Source: an uncultured Burkholderiales bacterium
GTDB taxonomy: Bacteria; Bacteroidota; Bacteroidia; UBA8524
Reading direction: 5' to 3'
NCBI GenBank assembly: GCA_964584305.1
Contig: CAZOZL010000012.1
Location: 2,873 to 66,872, forward strand
DNA: 64,000 nucleotides
Part shown: positions 10,373-20,417 of the stretch, one piece after another
Layout of the letters: each line of letters begins with the position of its first letter
How positions within the stretch are numbered: the stretch's first letter is position 1
The notes under the pieces: model-generated
Seen by the model: the letters and a program-made list of their open reading frames with translations, nothing else
Database searches by the model: none
What the model was told of the DNA's origin: nothing
Translations under genes and position numbers: made by a program

Positions 10373-11710
10373 TTAATCTTGCGCTCTGTCTAAAAACCGT
10401 TGGTCTATTTCTTTTGTTGTTTTAGCTCCCAACTCTTTCAGTTTATTTGTTTGCTTTACTAAATTATTTTGCCCTGAAACCAACTTTTTCATTGCATCTT
10501 CATAAATTGATTTGGATTTATCCATATGCTCACCCACTTTTTTAAGGTCTTCTGTAAACCCAACAAACTTATCGTGTAGTGTCCCTCCTATTCGTGCTAT
10601 TTCCTGCACGTTTCTATTTTGGTATTCTTGCTTCCAAATGCTTGATATGGTTCTTAAAGTAGCTAATAGTGTACTGGTTGATACTATAATAATATTCCTA
10701 TCAAAGGCATCATTAAAAATAGTATTATCGTTTTGCACTGCAAGTGTAAAAGCAGGTTCTATGGGGATAAATAATAGCACAAAATCGGGCGATGTTACTT
10801 CGTATAACTCGTGGTAACGCTTATCACTTAGCTGTTTCACGTGTTCTTTTATAGATTTTATATGTGCTTTTAGCCATACTGCCTGCTCATCTTCATCGGT
10901 AGTTGCGGTAATGCGCTCGTAGGCTGTTAATGATACTTTTGAATCGACTATAATATTCTTATTATCAGGTAGTTTTATAATCACATCGGGCTGTTGGCGT
11001 TTGCCTTCCTCATTCACAAAACTTTCTTGCACAGTATATTCCTGCCCTTTAGTTAAGCCACTTTTTTCTAAAACACGCTCTAATATTATTTCACCCCAAT
11101 TTCCTTGTGTTTTATTGTCTCCTTTTAGGGCTTTGGTAAGCCTAATTGCGTCTTCACGCATCCCTTGATTAAGCTCCGTAAGATTCCGTATTTGCTCTTG
11201 TAATCGGCTTTGTTCTTTGCTGCTTTCTAAATGGGTTGACTCTACTTTTTGCTTAAACTCCTCCATTTTTTCTTTCAAAGGTGTTAAAACCATGTCTAAG
11301 CTAATACGGTTTTGGCGAACAAATTTTTCGCTTTTTTCTTCAAATATTCTATTGGCAAGGTTTTCAAATTCTTTAGCCAAACGCTGTTGCAATGTTTCTA
11401 TTTCTTGTTTTTGTGTGTTTAGTTTTTCTTCAAGGTTTTTTAGCTGGTTGGCTAATTTGCTGTTTTCAGCAGTAAGCTCAAGGCTTTGCTCTTGGGCATT
11501 TGCTACCACAGTTTTGGTTTCGTTTATGGTAACCTGCAAATTTTGCGCTTTTTCATTTAATGCCGATTTTTCTGCGGTTATTTTTGCCACCTCATTGGCA
11601 CACATATCATACTCTTTTTTTGGTATCATTTGGGCTGTTTTATTCTTGCCCAATAGCCACCCAATAAAAATGCCTGCACCAATACCTATAATTAAGACTA
11701 CTATTTCCAT
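10373..11710 (-). CDS. rmuC: DNA recombination protein RmuC
   Basis: 445 aa. N-terminal TM helix, long coiled coil and a C-terminal RmuC-like region (...DFVLLFIPIE...). Confidence 0.65.
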   Translation of the reverse strand: MEIVVLIIGIGAGIFIGWLLGKNKTAQMIPKKEYDMCANEVAKITAEKSALNEKAQNLQVTINETKTVVANAQEQSLELTAENSKLANQLKNLEEKLNTQKQEIETLQQRLAKEFENLANRIFEEKSEKFVRQNRISLDMVLTPLKEKMEEFKQKVESTHLESSKEQSRLQEQIRNLTELNQGMREDAIRLTKALKGDNKTQGNWGEIILERVLEKSGLTKGQEYTVQESFVNEEGKRQQPDVIIKLPDNKNIIVDSKVSLTAYERITATTDEDEQAVWLKAHIKSIKEHVKQLSDKRYHELYEVTSPDFVLLFIPIEPAFTLAVQNDNTIFNDAFDRNIIIVSTSTLLATLRTISSIWKQEYQNRNVQEIARIGGTLHDKFVGFTEDLKKVGEHMDKSKSIYEDAMKKLVSGQNNLVKQTNKLKELGAKTTKEIDQRFLDRAQD

Positions 11711-11772
11711 ATTTTTGCCCTTTTGCTATAATATACTAACCCGCTAAACCAAAAAGCAATAATCGTACTAAA

Positions 11773-13152
11773 TTGGGACTTTTTAACATCAAAACACTCA
11801 CAAAGCCTACCCGTGCCATCACCTTTAAGGGGCGAGTATTAGCTGGTGTATTGTGGATAATTTTTGGGGTGTTCCATTTATTAAAACGAAAAAAATGGCA
11901 ATACCCGCCACAAGGCTTTCGCGATGATCCCTTACATTTTAAGCTAAAAGACATTCTTTTTTTTGGATACAAATACTATTTTAAAACGATTGAAAAGGCT
12001 GAAAAAAACTCGGGTATAGAAGAGTATTTCCTCTCACAGAATTTTGTTTTTCCTGAAAAACCTTTAACTGCTAAAACCATTACCCTAAGTGCTGGTGGAG
12101 ATTTGATGCCTTATGAGTGGGTATGCCCCGCATCTACCGTACATTTATGGGATGAGGTGGGCGACTTCTTTTTTAATAGTGATATTGTATTTGCCAATCT
12201 TGAAACGCCTATTTGCAAAACAGAACCCGAAAGTGCCACCCCAGAAATTATGCTAAATGATATGTATTTTAATGGGTCTGAAAAATTGCTTGCTATTTAT
12301 AGTGGAAATGGAAAATACAAGGGCTACAATATAGTAAGCACGGCTAACAACCATATGTTGGATATGGGAGAACAGGGCTTGAAAGATACGTTGGCTTTTT
12401 TAGCTAAGAAAGGCGTACAGGCTGTGGGTTCGGCAAGAGATGAGGAAGAGCAAAATAATTTCCCCATTATAGAGCGTGATGGGATTAAGGTAGCTTTTAT
12501 AGCCTACACTTATAGTCTTAATAAATTAGAGCCTATTAAGGGCAAAGAATATTTGACTAACTACCTGCCGCTAAACCAAGAAGGCTGCGATATTAGCTTA
12601 ATAAAACGGCATACAGAATGGGCAAGAGAACGAGGTGCTGATATGGTAATATGCTCACTACATTGTGGCTGTGCGTACCAAGCATATCCTGCAAACCATA
12701 CCGTAGATTTGTACCACCGCATTTTTGATGAAGCAGGTGTGGATGTGATTTTGGGACACCATCCACACAACCCACAACCTATGGAGCAATACCTGTTTTC
12801 TGACCCGATAACGGGTGTGCAAAAAATTGGGTTTGCAGTATATTCTTTGGGTGATTTTGTAGCCTACGATTTAAATATTTTTTGTAGGATGCCTTTACTG
12901 CTAAAACTTCAAATAAGCAAAACGCTTGAACATACCTATATATCAGGTATAGAAATATTGCCCGCTTATATAGCAGGGAAAAAAACGGGTAAAAACCTTG
13001 ATTTGCGATTGCTGAACCTTAATAATTTAGCGGAAAATGATTTTAATCACCCATTTATAGATGCAGCATTAAAAAAAGAAGCCAAAACATTAAACAACTT
13101 TTTACAAAACCATATTTTACCTTTTCAACATAAAAAATGCGTGGTGAAGTAG
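11773..13152 (+). CDS. CapA family protein (poly-gamma-glutamate synthesis / metallophosphatase-like)
   Basis: Motifs FANLETP, ANNHMLDMG and GHHPH; 459 aa. Confidence 0.65.
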   Translation: MGLFNIKTLTKPTRAITFKGRVLAGVLWIIFGVFHLLKRKKWQYPPQGFRDDPLHFKLKDILFFGYKYYFKTIEKAEKNSGIEEYFLSQNFVFPEKPLTAKTITLSAGGDLMPYEWVCPASTVHLWDEVGDFFFNSDIVFANLETPICKTEPESATPEIMLNDMYFNGSEKLLAIYSGNGKYKGYNIVSTANNHMLDMGEQGLKDTLAFLAKKGVQAVGSARDEEEQNNFPIIERDGIKVAFIAYTYSLNKLEPIKGKEYLTNYLPLNQEGCDISLIKRHTEWARERGADMVICSLHCGCAYQAYPANHTVDLYHRIFDEAGVDVILGHHPHNPQPMEQYLFSDPITGVQKIGFAVYSLGDFVAYDLNIFCRMPLLLKLQISKTLEHTYISGIEILPAYIAGKKTGKNLDLRLLNLNNLAENDFNHPFIDAALKKEAKTLNNFLQNHILPFQHKKCVVK

Positions 13153-13232
13153 TGTGAGGTTAGTATAACTCTCCAAACTTATACATAGGCTTATCTATCC
13201 AAATGGAGTAGGGAGGCACTTCACTGGTTTAC

Positions 13233-14822
13233 TTAGTGTTGCACCACCATAGTTTTAGTTTGCTGGCTATTGCCATTGTGTATTTGGTAGTAATAATTGC
13301 CTGCTGGCAAATCAGCCACATTAAGGGTTATAATATGCTTACCCTGTTCGTAAGTTCCTTCATTTACTATGCCTACTTCACGCCCAGTATTATCAAATAG
13401 TTTTATTTGGGTATATCCACCCTCTGTAAAAAACTCAATTAACGTTGAGGTAGAGGCAGGGTTGGGGTAGTTTTGCATTAATTTTAACCCGCTCATAGCT
13501 TTAGCGGTTTCTGTTACAGATACATTAGTACCCGATTTTTTGAAAATGGGTAGTGTAGCAAAATTTTGTAGCATAGTAGCACTAATCTCGCTTTCAGAAA
13601 TCTCAAACCAATCTGCCAATACCGAAGTATATACACTACGAAAATCGTGTTGCATAGGCACATTACTTTGTACCGAAGCATTGTCGGGAATTGTAGGGTT
13701 GTTTCCAATTATCCCTGGGTTAACGCCTTTTCCAAACACCATTAATGGTGCTGCTGCACCATGGTCTGTGCCTAATCCAGCATTAGATTTTATACGGCGA
13801 CCAAACTCACTAAAAGTCATTCCTGCCACTTTATCATCCACTCCTAAAAGTTTCAAATCATCTTGAAAAGCAGCAATAGCTTCAGATACTCTTTGCATTA
13901 AAGTTGCGTGCGCTCCTGTATCCGTTCCTGCGTTGGTAACTTGTGCTGCATGAGTATCAAACCCGCCCAAATTTACCATATACACGGGTGTTTTCAATCC
14001 ACCAGCCACTAAGCGTGCTACGATTTTAAGCTGTTCGGCAAGGCTATTGCCACTTGTTGGGTATTTGGTGGACATGGTATTGGCTTTAGCTGCCGCTGCC
14101 TTTATTGTAATAGAGTATTCTTGTGTTTGCTGTGCTACAAGGCGAATATACTCTAACTCATGCCCTGCTGGGGTATTGGGTAAAGGGTCTGTTGTTCCTG
14201 CAATTAATTGGTAAAAATTATCAGGATCGGTAATTGCCATACCTGTACCTGCTGTTGGTCCTTGCAGGGCTGGCGAAAGTACCGAGCCAATTTGCAATGC
14301 CAATGGGTCTGGCATATCAGTATTAGGGTATCCTGTTGGGAAATTTGGGTATTGCCCATCTAAAAACCTACCCAGCCAGCCACTATTCAAATATTGTTTA
14401 CTATCAGATGCTGTGAGCCAAATATCAGTAGCCCTAAAATGAGAGAAGTTAGGGTTGGGGTAGCCCACATCTTGTACTATGCTTACCAAACCATCGTTAT
14501 ACATATCTCGCAACCCTGTTAGTGAAGGGTGCAACCCTGTTTTTATAGTCCCATCCAATTGTAGAATTTTGTTTTTTTCTATTATTACATTTTGGCGTGC
14601 TTTAAACAAGTTATCGTATTGATCTATGGGGATAACGGTATTTAACCCATCGTTACCACCGTTCAGCTGTATTAAAACTAAAACCTTACCGTTTTCTATG
14701 CTTTTTTGTGCTAATAAGCCAAGCAATGGCGAAGCTCCAAATGCTTTCATAGAAAGTCCGTTTACGAAAAACGGGGTAAGCCCTAATGGTGCTGATGCTT
14801 TTATAAAGTCCCTTCTTTTCAT
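13233..14822 (-). CDS. DUF1501-family protein with a twin-arginine signal peptide and a C-terminal T9SS sorting domain
   Basis: N-terminus MKRRDFIKASAPLGL is Tat-like. The last ~80 aa (QNYPNPASTSTLIEF...GNYYYQIHN...) match the Por/T9SS C-terminal domain pattern. Paired with the DUF1800 gene. Confidence 0.65.
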   Translation of the reverse strand: MKRRDFIKASAPLGLTPFFVNGLSMKAFGASPLLGLLAQKSIENGKVLVLIQLNGGNDGLNTVIPIDQYDNLFKARQNVIIEKNKILQLDGTIKTGLHPSLTGLRDMYNDGLVSIVQDVGYPNPNFSHFRATDIWLTASDSKQYLNSGWLGRFLDGQYPNFPTGYPNTDMPDPLALQIGSVLSPALQGPTAGTGMAITDPDNFYQLIAGTTDPLPNTPAGHELEYIRLVAQQTQEYSITIKAAAAKANTMSTKYPTSGNSLAEQLKIVARLVAGGLKTPVYMVNLGGFDTHAAQVTNAGTDTGAHATLMQRVSEAIAAFQDDLKLLGVDDKVAGMTFSEFGRRIKSNAGLGTDHGAAAPLMVFGKGVNPGIIGNNPTIPDNASVQSNVPMQHDFRSVYTSVLADWFEISESEISATMLQNFATLPIFKKSGTNVSVTETAKAMSGLKLMQNYPNPASTSTLIEFFTEGGYTQIKLFDNTGREVGIVNEGTYEQGKHIITLNVADLPAGNYYYQIHNGNSQQTKTMVVQH

Positions 14823-14849
14823 GGTAATTTCTTTTTTAGGTGGTTAAAT

Positions 14850-16643
14850 TTATGATAATTGATACTCGGCAAGGTTCATCAAATATTTGTGCATAGCTTT
14901 TAGTCTATCGTCAACCATTTTCTTTTTATTGGCATCATTAGGGTCGCTTTTATAGTCGTTCCATATATCTGTCCAATAGTAATCTTGTGCTTGCCCAGAA
15001 AGAAGTATTCCTTTTATAAAATTTTTCCGAGCTTGATTTACATCAATAGCATATAATACTTCAAGTGTGCGCTCTATTAGCTTATTAGGGTCGGCGGCAT
15101 CTGTTCCAAATTGGCTTGCAAAAGCGATGGAGTCTATTATCATAGACTGCCCCCTGCGCGTGTACCCCACATACACCAATAAATCTGTAAGTTGGCTGCG
15201 TTTGGGAAGTGTATCGCTGTTAATCCAAAGTTCGTAATATTGCGGGTCTTGGTAATATGCTGGCCATCCTGCTACGTTGGGCGGGTCTAACAAGGATTGT
15301 TGTTGTATTGCCCCTGCCGCCCATATAAAATTCCAAAATAGGTATTGGGTAGCAATATCAGGCGCAGGAATCTCTATTTTAAACTGGCGTATTAAGCCAA
15401 TGCCTAAATCTGTTGGTCCTTTTATTACACAGCCCATGCTTAGGTCGTCAAAAAAGTGTTGGCTTTTCAATAACGCTGCTAATACGGGTTTAATATCCCA
15501 ATTATTATTTATAAACTCATCTGCCAAAGGCTTAATTATGGTATTCTCGGTATCCGTATCAATTATATAGTAAACAAAAAATTTGTACAGTTTGCGAACC
15601 ATGAACCTTGCTACCTCTGTTTGGGCAAATATCATGTCAATCAGTTCGTCGGTTTCTTTTGCTCCGTCAGCACCCGATTGTCCTTTTATTACTTTATTAT
15701 TAAAAAACGATGAGAATTGTTTATCGCCTATATCATGCCTTGTAGGGTCAAAAAACGAGGCTACGCTGGCACGCCTATCTCTCCAGCCAGTAAGCACACG
15801 TGCTGCTGCTTTCACATCATCTTCGGTATATTTGCTGCCTGCTCCTTTTCCTAATGTAAATAGTTCTTGCAACTCGCGGGCATAGTTTTCATCAGGGGCA
15901 GTTTTGGTGTTTACATTACCATTTAGGTAGCGCAACATAGCAGGGTCTTTGGTAGCGTCTTTTACTAATTGTTTAAAATTGCCCAAAGCACCCGTTCGTA
16001 ACATTGCCAAGTATTTGTAGCCATAATGTGCTTCGCTATAAATGCCTATTTCAGCAGCAAAATGGTTGTGCCAAAACAAAGTCATTTTCTCGAGAATGGT
16101 ATTATCAGCTATCATTTGGCTAATCCACCAACTACGTAGCGATTGAGTACGTTTGAAATTGATACCTCCATTAGGTGGGGCTGTAACCCAAGTTTGTCCC
16201 AAAGGCACATCAGGGTCGGGCGATTGCGCTGTGCCATAATTATTTAGCGGAGGTGTGGGCGGGGTGTTAGCCGTATTTAGCAGCATATCTACTGCCGCAC
16301 TCATACCCATAGCTACTACACTATCAAGCAGTTGTTTATCAAAACCAAAACAAACACGGCGTAGTAAATGTGCTGCTTCCTTAGCTGTCCACTGCCCTGT
16401 ATAGTCGCTTAACCCTGCTGATGCAAGTTGCAAATTGGTGGGTAAAGTTTGGTTTTGGTATATTTCTTCTGGGCGTTTGCCTGCGGGTAACTCGCCCCCA
16501 TCGGTTAAGGGTGCAAGTGCTGATTTTGCTATGTGTTTGGTTAAGAAATCTCTTCTGTTCATAGGCTTTAAGTTTATGTGCGCTTTATTATGTAGAGAGC
16601 GATTTTTTTGTTTTTGACTGTAAAAATCTGAAAAGGTTGACAA
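14850..16643 (-). CDS. DUF1800-family protein (partner of DUF1501); the true start may be the internal Met at 16562 (MNRRDFL)
   Basis: 597 aa. An RRDFL Tat-like motif lies 27 codons inside the longest ORF. The DUF1800/DUF1501 pairing is conserved. Confidence 0.55.
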   Translation of the reverse strand: MSTFSDFYSQKQKNRSLHNKAHINLKPMNRRDFLTKHIAKSALAPLTDGGELPAGKRPEEIYQNQTLPTNLQLASAGLSDYTGQWTAKEAAHLLRRVCFGFDKQLLDSVVAMGMSAAVDMLLNTANTPPTPPLNNYGTAQSPDPDVPLGQTWVTAPPNGGINFKRTQSLRSWWISQMIADNTILEKMTLFWHNHFAAEIGIYSEAHYGYKYLAMLRTGALGNFKQLVKDATKDPAMLRYLNGNVNTKTAPDENYARELQELFTLGKGAGSKYTEDDVKAAARVLTGWRDRRASVASFFDPTRHDIGDKQFSSFFNNKVIKGQSGADGAKETDELIDMIFAQTEVARFMVRKLYKFFVYYIIDTDTENTIIKPLADEFINNNWDIKPVLAALLKSQHFFDDLSMGCVIKGPTDLGIGLIRQFKIEIPAPDIATQYLFWNFIWAAGAIQQQSLLDPPNVAGWPAYYQDPQYYELWINSDTLPKRSQLTDLLVYVGYTRRGQSMIIDSIAFASQFGTDAADPNKLIERTLEVLYAIDVNQARKNFIKGILLSGQAQDYYWTDIWNDYKSDPNDANKKKMVDDRLKAMHKYLMNLAEYQLS

Positions 16644-16743
16644 GCAAGTTAAAAAAAATTTATGAATTTTGTATAATGAGTTCTACCCTCCCGCAATTAC
16701 TTACTGATAATTTGTCTCGCTATATAGACTTAACCGATAGTGA

Positions 16744-16951
16744 ATGAGCCTATTTTATTCTCTTTTAAAGGAAAAAGCATATTGCAAAAAAGGAGCTACT
16801 ACTACAAGCTGATGAAATTTGCTGCTTCGAGACTTTTATAGTGAGTAGTTGCCTGCGCAGTTATTATATAGATAATGATGGAAACGAGCACACTACTTTA
16901 TTTGCTATTAAAAAAATCGGTGTGGTATTTTTATATAGTTACCTTAAATAG
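16744..16951 (+). pseudogene. decayed Crp/Fnr-family regulator remnant (cNMP-binding domain fragment, frameshifted and truncated)
   Basis: Frame a reads MSLFYSLLKEKAYCKKGATTTS then stop. Frame b reads ...KKELLLQADEICCFETFIVSSCLRSYYIDNDGNEHTTLFAIKK..., which matches the Bacteroidota Crp/Fnr beta-roll consensus (GCLRxYxIDxxGxEHxxQFAxE). Only about 70 codons remain and there is no DNA-binding HTH. Confidence 0.55.
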
Positions 16952-17164
16952 AAGATAACCTTACCAGTAATGTATCAACGCAGGTAATAAACAAAAAAAT
17001 GAGCAACAACGGGATTATACATAAAAGACGCAAGCGGCACTATAATGGCAATTTATAGAAGCAGTAGCTTCCCAGTTTAATTTAAAGTGATTTTTAAGGA
17101 GTAGTTGCCGCAAAAAACGTAATCTGTTTTTGGAATAATGCGATATTCTGTTATCCCCTCAAAA

Positions 17165-18226
17165 TTATTTAGCAAAACACCGTGCTATATCCACCTCTTG
17201 ATGAATTTTACCTCCATTTATAATATTACCCACCAACTGATGGGCAAAATAAGGGGCAAGCATAACACCTTTAGCACCCAAACCATTCAATATGCCTACT
17301 TGTGGATAGTTAGGGTGTAGCCCTACAAAGGGTCTTCTATCCCTTGCTGATGGGCGAATAGCCGCCTTGTGTCCTACTATTTCATAAGGTACTTTTAGTA
17401 TCTCTTTTATCTTGCCTTCTAATATTGTTCTACCCATTTTTGTAGGTGTATAATCTATATCGCTCCAATTATAGGTTGAACCTACATTGTATAAATTTTC
17501 ACCTATGGGAACTATAAATATACCCTTATTAATTATTGCTTCTTTTTCAGGCAAGTCGGCTTTTATAGTAAGTAGTTCACCTTTTACGGGATAAAACGTG
17601 GCAACCTCTTTCCAATAAGGGTTTTGTAGTGTTTGCAGTCCTTCACAAAAAATAATTTTTTTAGCAGTAAACTGCTTGTAAACTATCCCATCACTGGTAA
17701 GTTCTAAATCTTTAAATATAAAACTATCAGGCAAAAAACTGTTTTTCTGGCTAAGGTAGTTGGCAGTAGCGTGAATGTATTTTTTAATGTCTAAAAAACC
17801 ACAATGGTTTATAACCGCCGCACCCCTACCCGCATTATAATACTCTTTGTTTAAACCGTTGTATATGCTGGGGTTTAAAAAATCTTTCACTTCACTATTT
17901 TCAAGTTTGCCTTGCCAGTGTTGCACATCATCTTCGGAAGGGAATATCCTATAATACGGGCGTGGATGGTAAAATTTTGCACTCACTACCGCCTCTACAC
18001 GGGGGAAAAAGACCGCATTATATTGTAGTAGTGTTTTCGCCAAAAAACTTTGTGTATAACGTTTAAAAACAACAGGATTCCACATTCCCGCAGCCACTTT
18101 TGATGAGGTTATTTCTTTTTGCTCATCAATTACCAAAACACTTTGCCCTTGCTGCAAAAAAATGTGGGCAAGGGTTGTACCCGCCAGCCCCTGCCCTATT
18201 ATTATATAGTCGTACTTATCTTTCAA
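17165..18226 (-). CDS. FAD-dependent oxidoreductase (DAO family)
   Basis: Rossmann motif YDYIIIGQGLAGTTLA; 353 aa. 12-bp gap to the upstream 7TM kinase. Confidence 0.6.
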   Translation of the reverse strand: MKDKYDYIIIGQGLAGTTLAHIFLQQGQSVLVIDEQKEITSSKVAAGMWNPVVFKRYTQSFLAKTLLQYNAVFFPRVEAVVSAKFYHPRPYYRIFPSEDDVQHWQGKLENSEVKDFLNPSIYNGLNKEYYNAGRGAAVINHCGFLDIKKYIHATANYLSQKNSFLPDSFIFKDLELTSDGIVYKQFTAKKIIFCEGLQTLQNPYWKEVATFYPVKGELLTIKADLPEKEAIINKGIFIVPIGENLYNVGSTYNWSDIDYTPTKMGRTILEGKIKEILKVPYEIVGHKAAIRPSARDRRPFVGLHPNYPQVGILNGLGAKGVMLAPYFAHQLVGNIINGGKIHQEVDIARCFAK

Positions 18227-18237
18227 AAAAAAAATGC

Positions 18238-20238
18238 TTATTTAAAAACGGGTAGCGTAATGGTAAACTTACTACCCTGCCCCAACTTACTTATTACTGT
18301 TATAGTTCCATTGTTTTTTTCTACAAAATCTTTGCAAATAACCAAGCCAAGCCCTGTTCCTGTTTCTCCATCAGTACCTTTCAACGATTTATTTTTTCCC
18401 GCATCAAAAATAGTCTCTATTTTATCCTCGCTAATCCCCAAACCACTATCGCTAATCCAAAGGGAAACTGTGTCTTTTTTCTCGTCTATACTTCCTCCTA
18501 ATACTATTTCCCCTCCAACTATTGTAAATTTTAAAGCATTAGATATTAAATTACGTATCACCGTATTTATCATATCTGTATCAGCATTGGCATATATTTT
18601 TTGGGGTATATTATTTATAATGCTTATCTCTTTTGCTTTTGCTTTTAGTCCGTACAGCTGTATAGTATCATCTGCTAAGTCATAAAAACTAACTTTTGAT
18701 AGATTATACTCTGCATCACCAAATTGTGCTTTTGCCCAATGCAATAAACTATCTAACAAATCAAACGAGCGTTTTGAGGCATCTTTTAATAACTCTATTG
18801 TTTCTTTATTGCGTAGCTTCTCATCTTCGCTCATCATATTAGCAAGCTGGCTTACATTGCTCAAAGGACCTCTTAAATCATGTGCTATTACTGATAGTAT
18901 TTTATCTTTGGTGGTGTTTAAGTCCTCTAACTCTTCTTTTTGCTGCCCTAATATTTGGGTTTGTTCTTCCATCTCTCTACTTCTTTCTTCTACTTTTCTA
19001 CTTAGCAGTGCATTTTTTTGACGGACAAAATCTTCACTTTCGGCAATTCTCTTATATTTTTCTTTTTTAGTTTTTTCGGTCTCGTGTTTCCTAATATTCA
19101 TTCTATCTCCCAAAGCAAATGAAAGTAGTACAGCACCTATCATAGCCCCTATTTGTGATGCCTGCACAAAGAAGTACGTATAAGGTAATGCTCCCATTTT
19201 TTGCAACATAGTAATACTAAGCCCTACTAAAAATACAGCCCATGCTAATAAAAAAAAGCGGGCGGGTTTAAACCCGCTTCTATAAGAGATTATCCCCCCC
19301 ACCAACATACTTATGCCAGCTACAAAATCAATAAATTGCACCATTTTGCTTGCTATGGCATGATACCCTAACCAATCTACGGGGAATACTAACATATTAA
19401 CCAGCAAAACTGCCCATAACCAACGGTGTAATGCTTTAAACTTAGTGCCTGTCTCTAAAAAAACGATGGCAAATAGTATTGAGAAAAAAACCATTCCTAA
19501 TATTGAGGGTTCGTAATGGTTAATCCAACTATTATTAGCCCATAACAGCAAATAGGCATAGCCTAAAAAATACATTGCCTTAATTACCATAGCAAAAATA
19601 TACAGGGCATAAAATGCGTACACTTTATCTCTAAAAGCAATCCAAAGAAAAAGAGCGTACAGCACAATAAGGATAGTAAGCCCTAAATACATACCATGAA
19701 AAATTTTTTCGTGCAAACCCTCTTTATAGGCTGTTTTATACGATACCAGCTTTATAGGAAGCCGAAGTGTATAGGTTGATTTTGCTCTTATATAATAAGT
19801 ATATAGCCCTTTTTTTAGTAAAAATTTAATGTTGTTTTCCTGCAAGTTTCTTTCACCAATTGGTATAGCCGACCCAATAGCCTTGTGGTGTATCACCTGC
19901 CCTTTAGCACCTACAACAAATAACTCTACAGAGTCCATCATAGGGTAACATATTTCTAAATAGATAGGCTCATCTTTCTCCACCCTTATATTGGCTTTTA
20001 GCCATATAGCCGAAGGGGTTAAAAAATACTGTGGAACAGCCTGTATATTAGGGATAAAACCATTTTTCAACTCCGCTATATCGCTATAAGTAGCAAAACT
20101 TGTTTCATCCTCATAAATATACATTTGCCCAGCAATCAACTCCCCCTCAATACTATTATTAAAAAGTATTGTTGGTTGTGCTTGTACACCCACACCAATA
20201 AGAAAAAGAGTAGCTATTATGTAAATCTGTTTTATCAC
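18238..20238 (-). CDS. 7TM-DISM sensor histidine kinase
   Basis: Signal peptide plus an extracellular domain, 7 TM helices, a coiled coil, H-box VIAHDLRGPL and HATPase_c G-boxes (SDSGLGI..GTGLGLVICKDFV). Confidence 0.75.
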   Translation of the reverse strand: MIKQIYIIATLFLIGVGVQAQPTILFNNSIEGELIAGQMYIYEDETSFATYSDIAELKNGFIPNIQAVPQYFLTPSAIWLKANIRVEKDEPIYLEICYPMMDSVELFVVGAKGQVIHHKAIGSAIPIGERNLQENNIKFLLKKGLYTYYIRAKSTYTLRLPIKLVSYKTAYKEGLHEKIFHGMYLGLTILIVLYALFLWIAFRDKVYAFYALYIFAMVIKAMYFLGYAYLLLWANNSWINHYEPSILGMVFFSILFAIVFLETGTKFKALHRWLWAVLLVNMLVFPVDWLGYHAIASKMVQFIDFVAGISMLVGGIISYRSGFKPARFFLLAWAVFLVGLSITMLQKMGALPYTYFFVQASQIGAMIGAVLLSFALGDRMNIRKHETEKTKKEKYKRIAESEDFVRQKNALLSRKVEERSREMEEQTQILGQQKEELEDLNTTKDKILSVIAHDLRGPLSNVSQLANMMSEDEKLRNKETIELLKDASKRSFDLLDSLLHWAKAQFGDAEYNLSKVSFYDLADDTIQLYGLKAKAKEISIINNIPQKIYANADTDMINTVIRNLISNALKFTIVGGEIVLGGSIDEKKDTVSLWISDSGLGISEDKIETIFDAGKNKSLKGTDGETGTGLGLVICKDFVEKNNGTITVISKLGQGSKFTITLPVFK

Positions 20239-20417
20239 AAAAAAATGAGCGAAAAAATTTTAAAAATAAGACTTTTTTAATGTGTTAAAGCTAACACGTT
20301 TTTACCTATAACAATACTGTATTCTCTGTATTCTCTATGTTCCCGTTTACCTTAAATGGAAATAGAAATACATATACAAATATATATAACTAAAATACTG
20401 AACCAAAAGTAATAGGT

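Noticed and set aside
11855-11863. Perfect DnaA box TGTGGATAA
   Set aside because: A single isolated box inside the capA coding region, not an origin cluster.
17000-17060. 19-codon basic ORF (MSNNGIIHKRRKRHYNGNL)
   Set aside because: Too short and has no ribosome-binding context. It sits within the decayed region.
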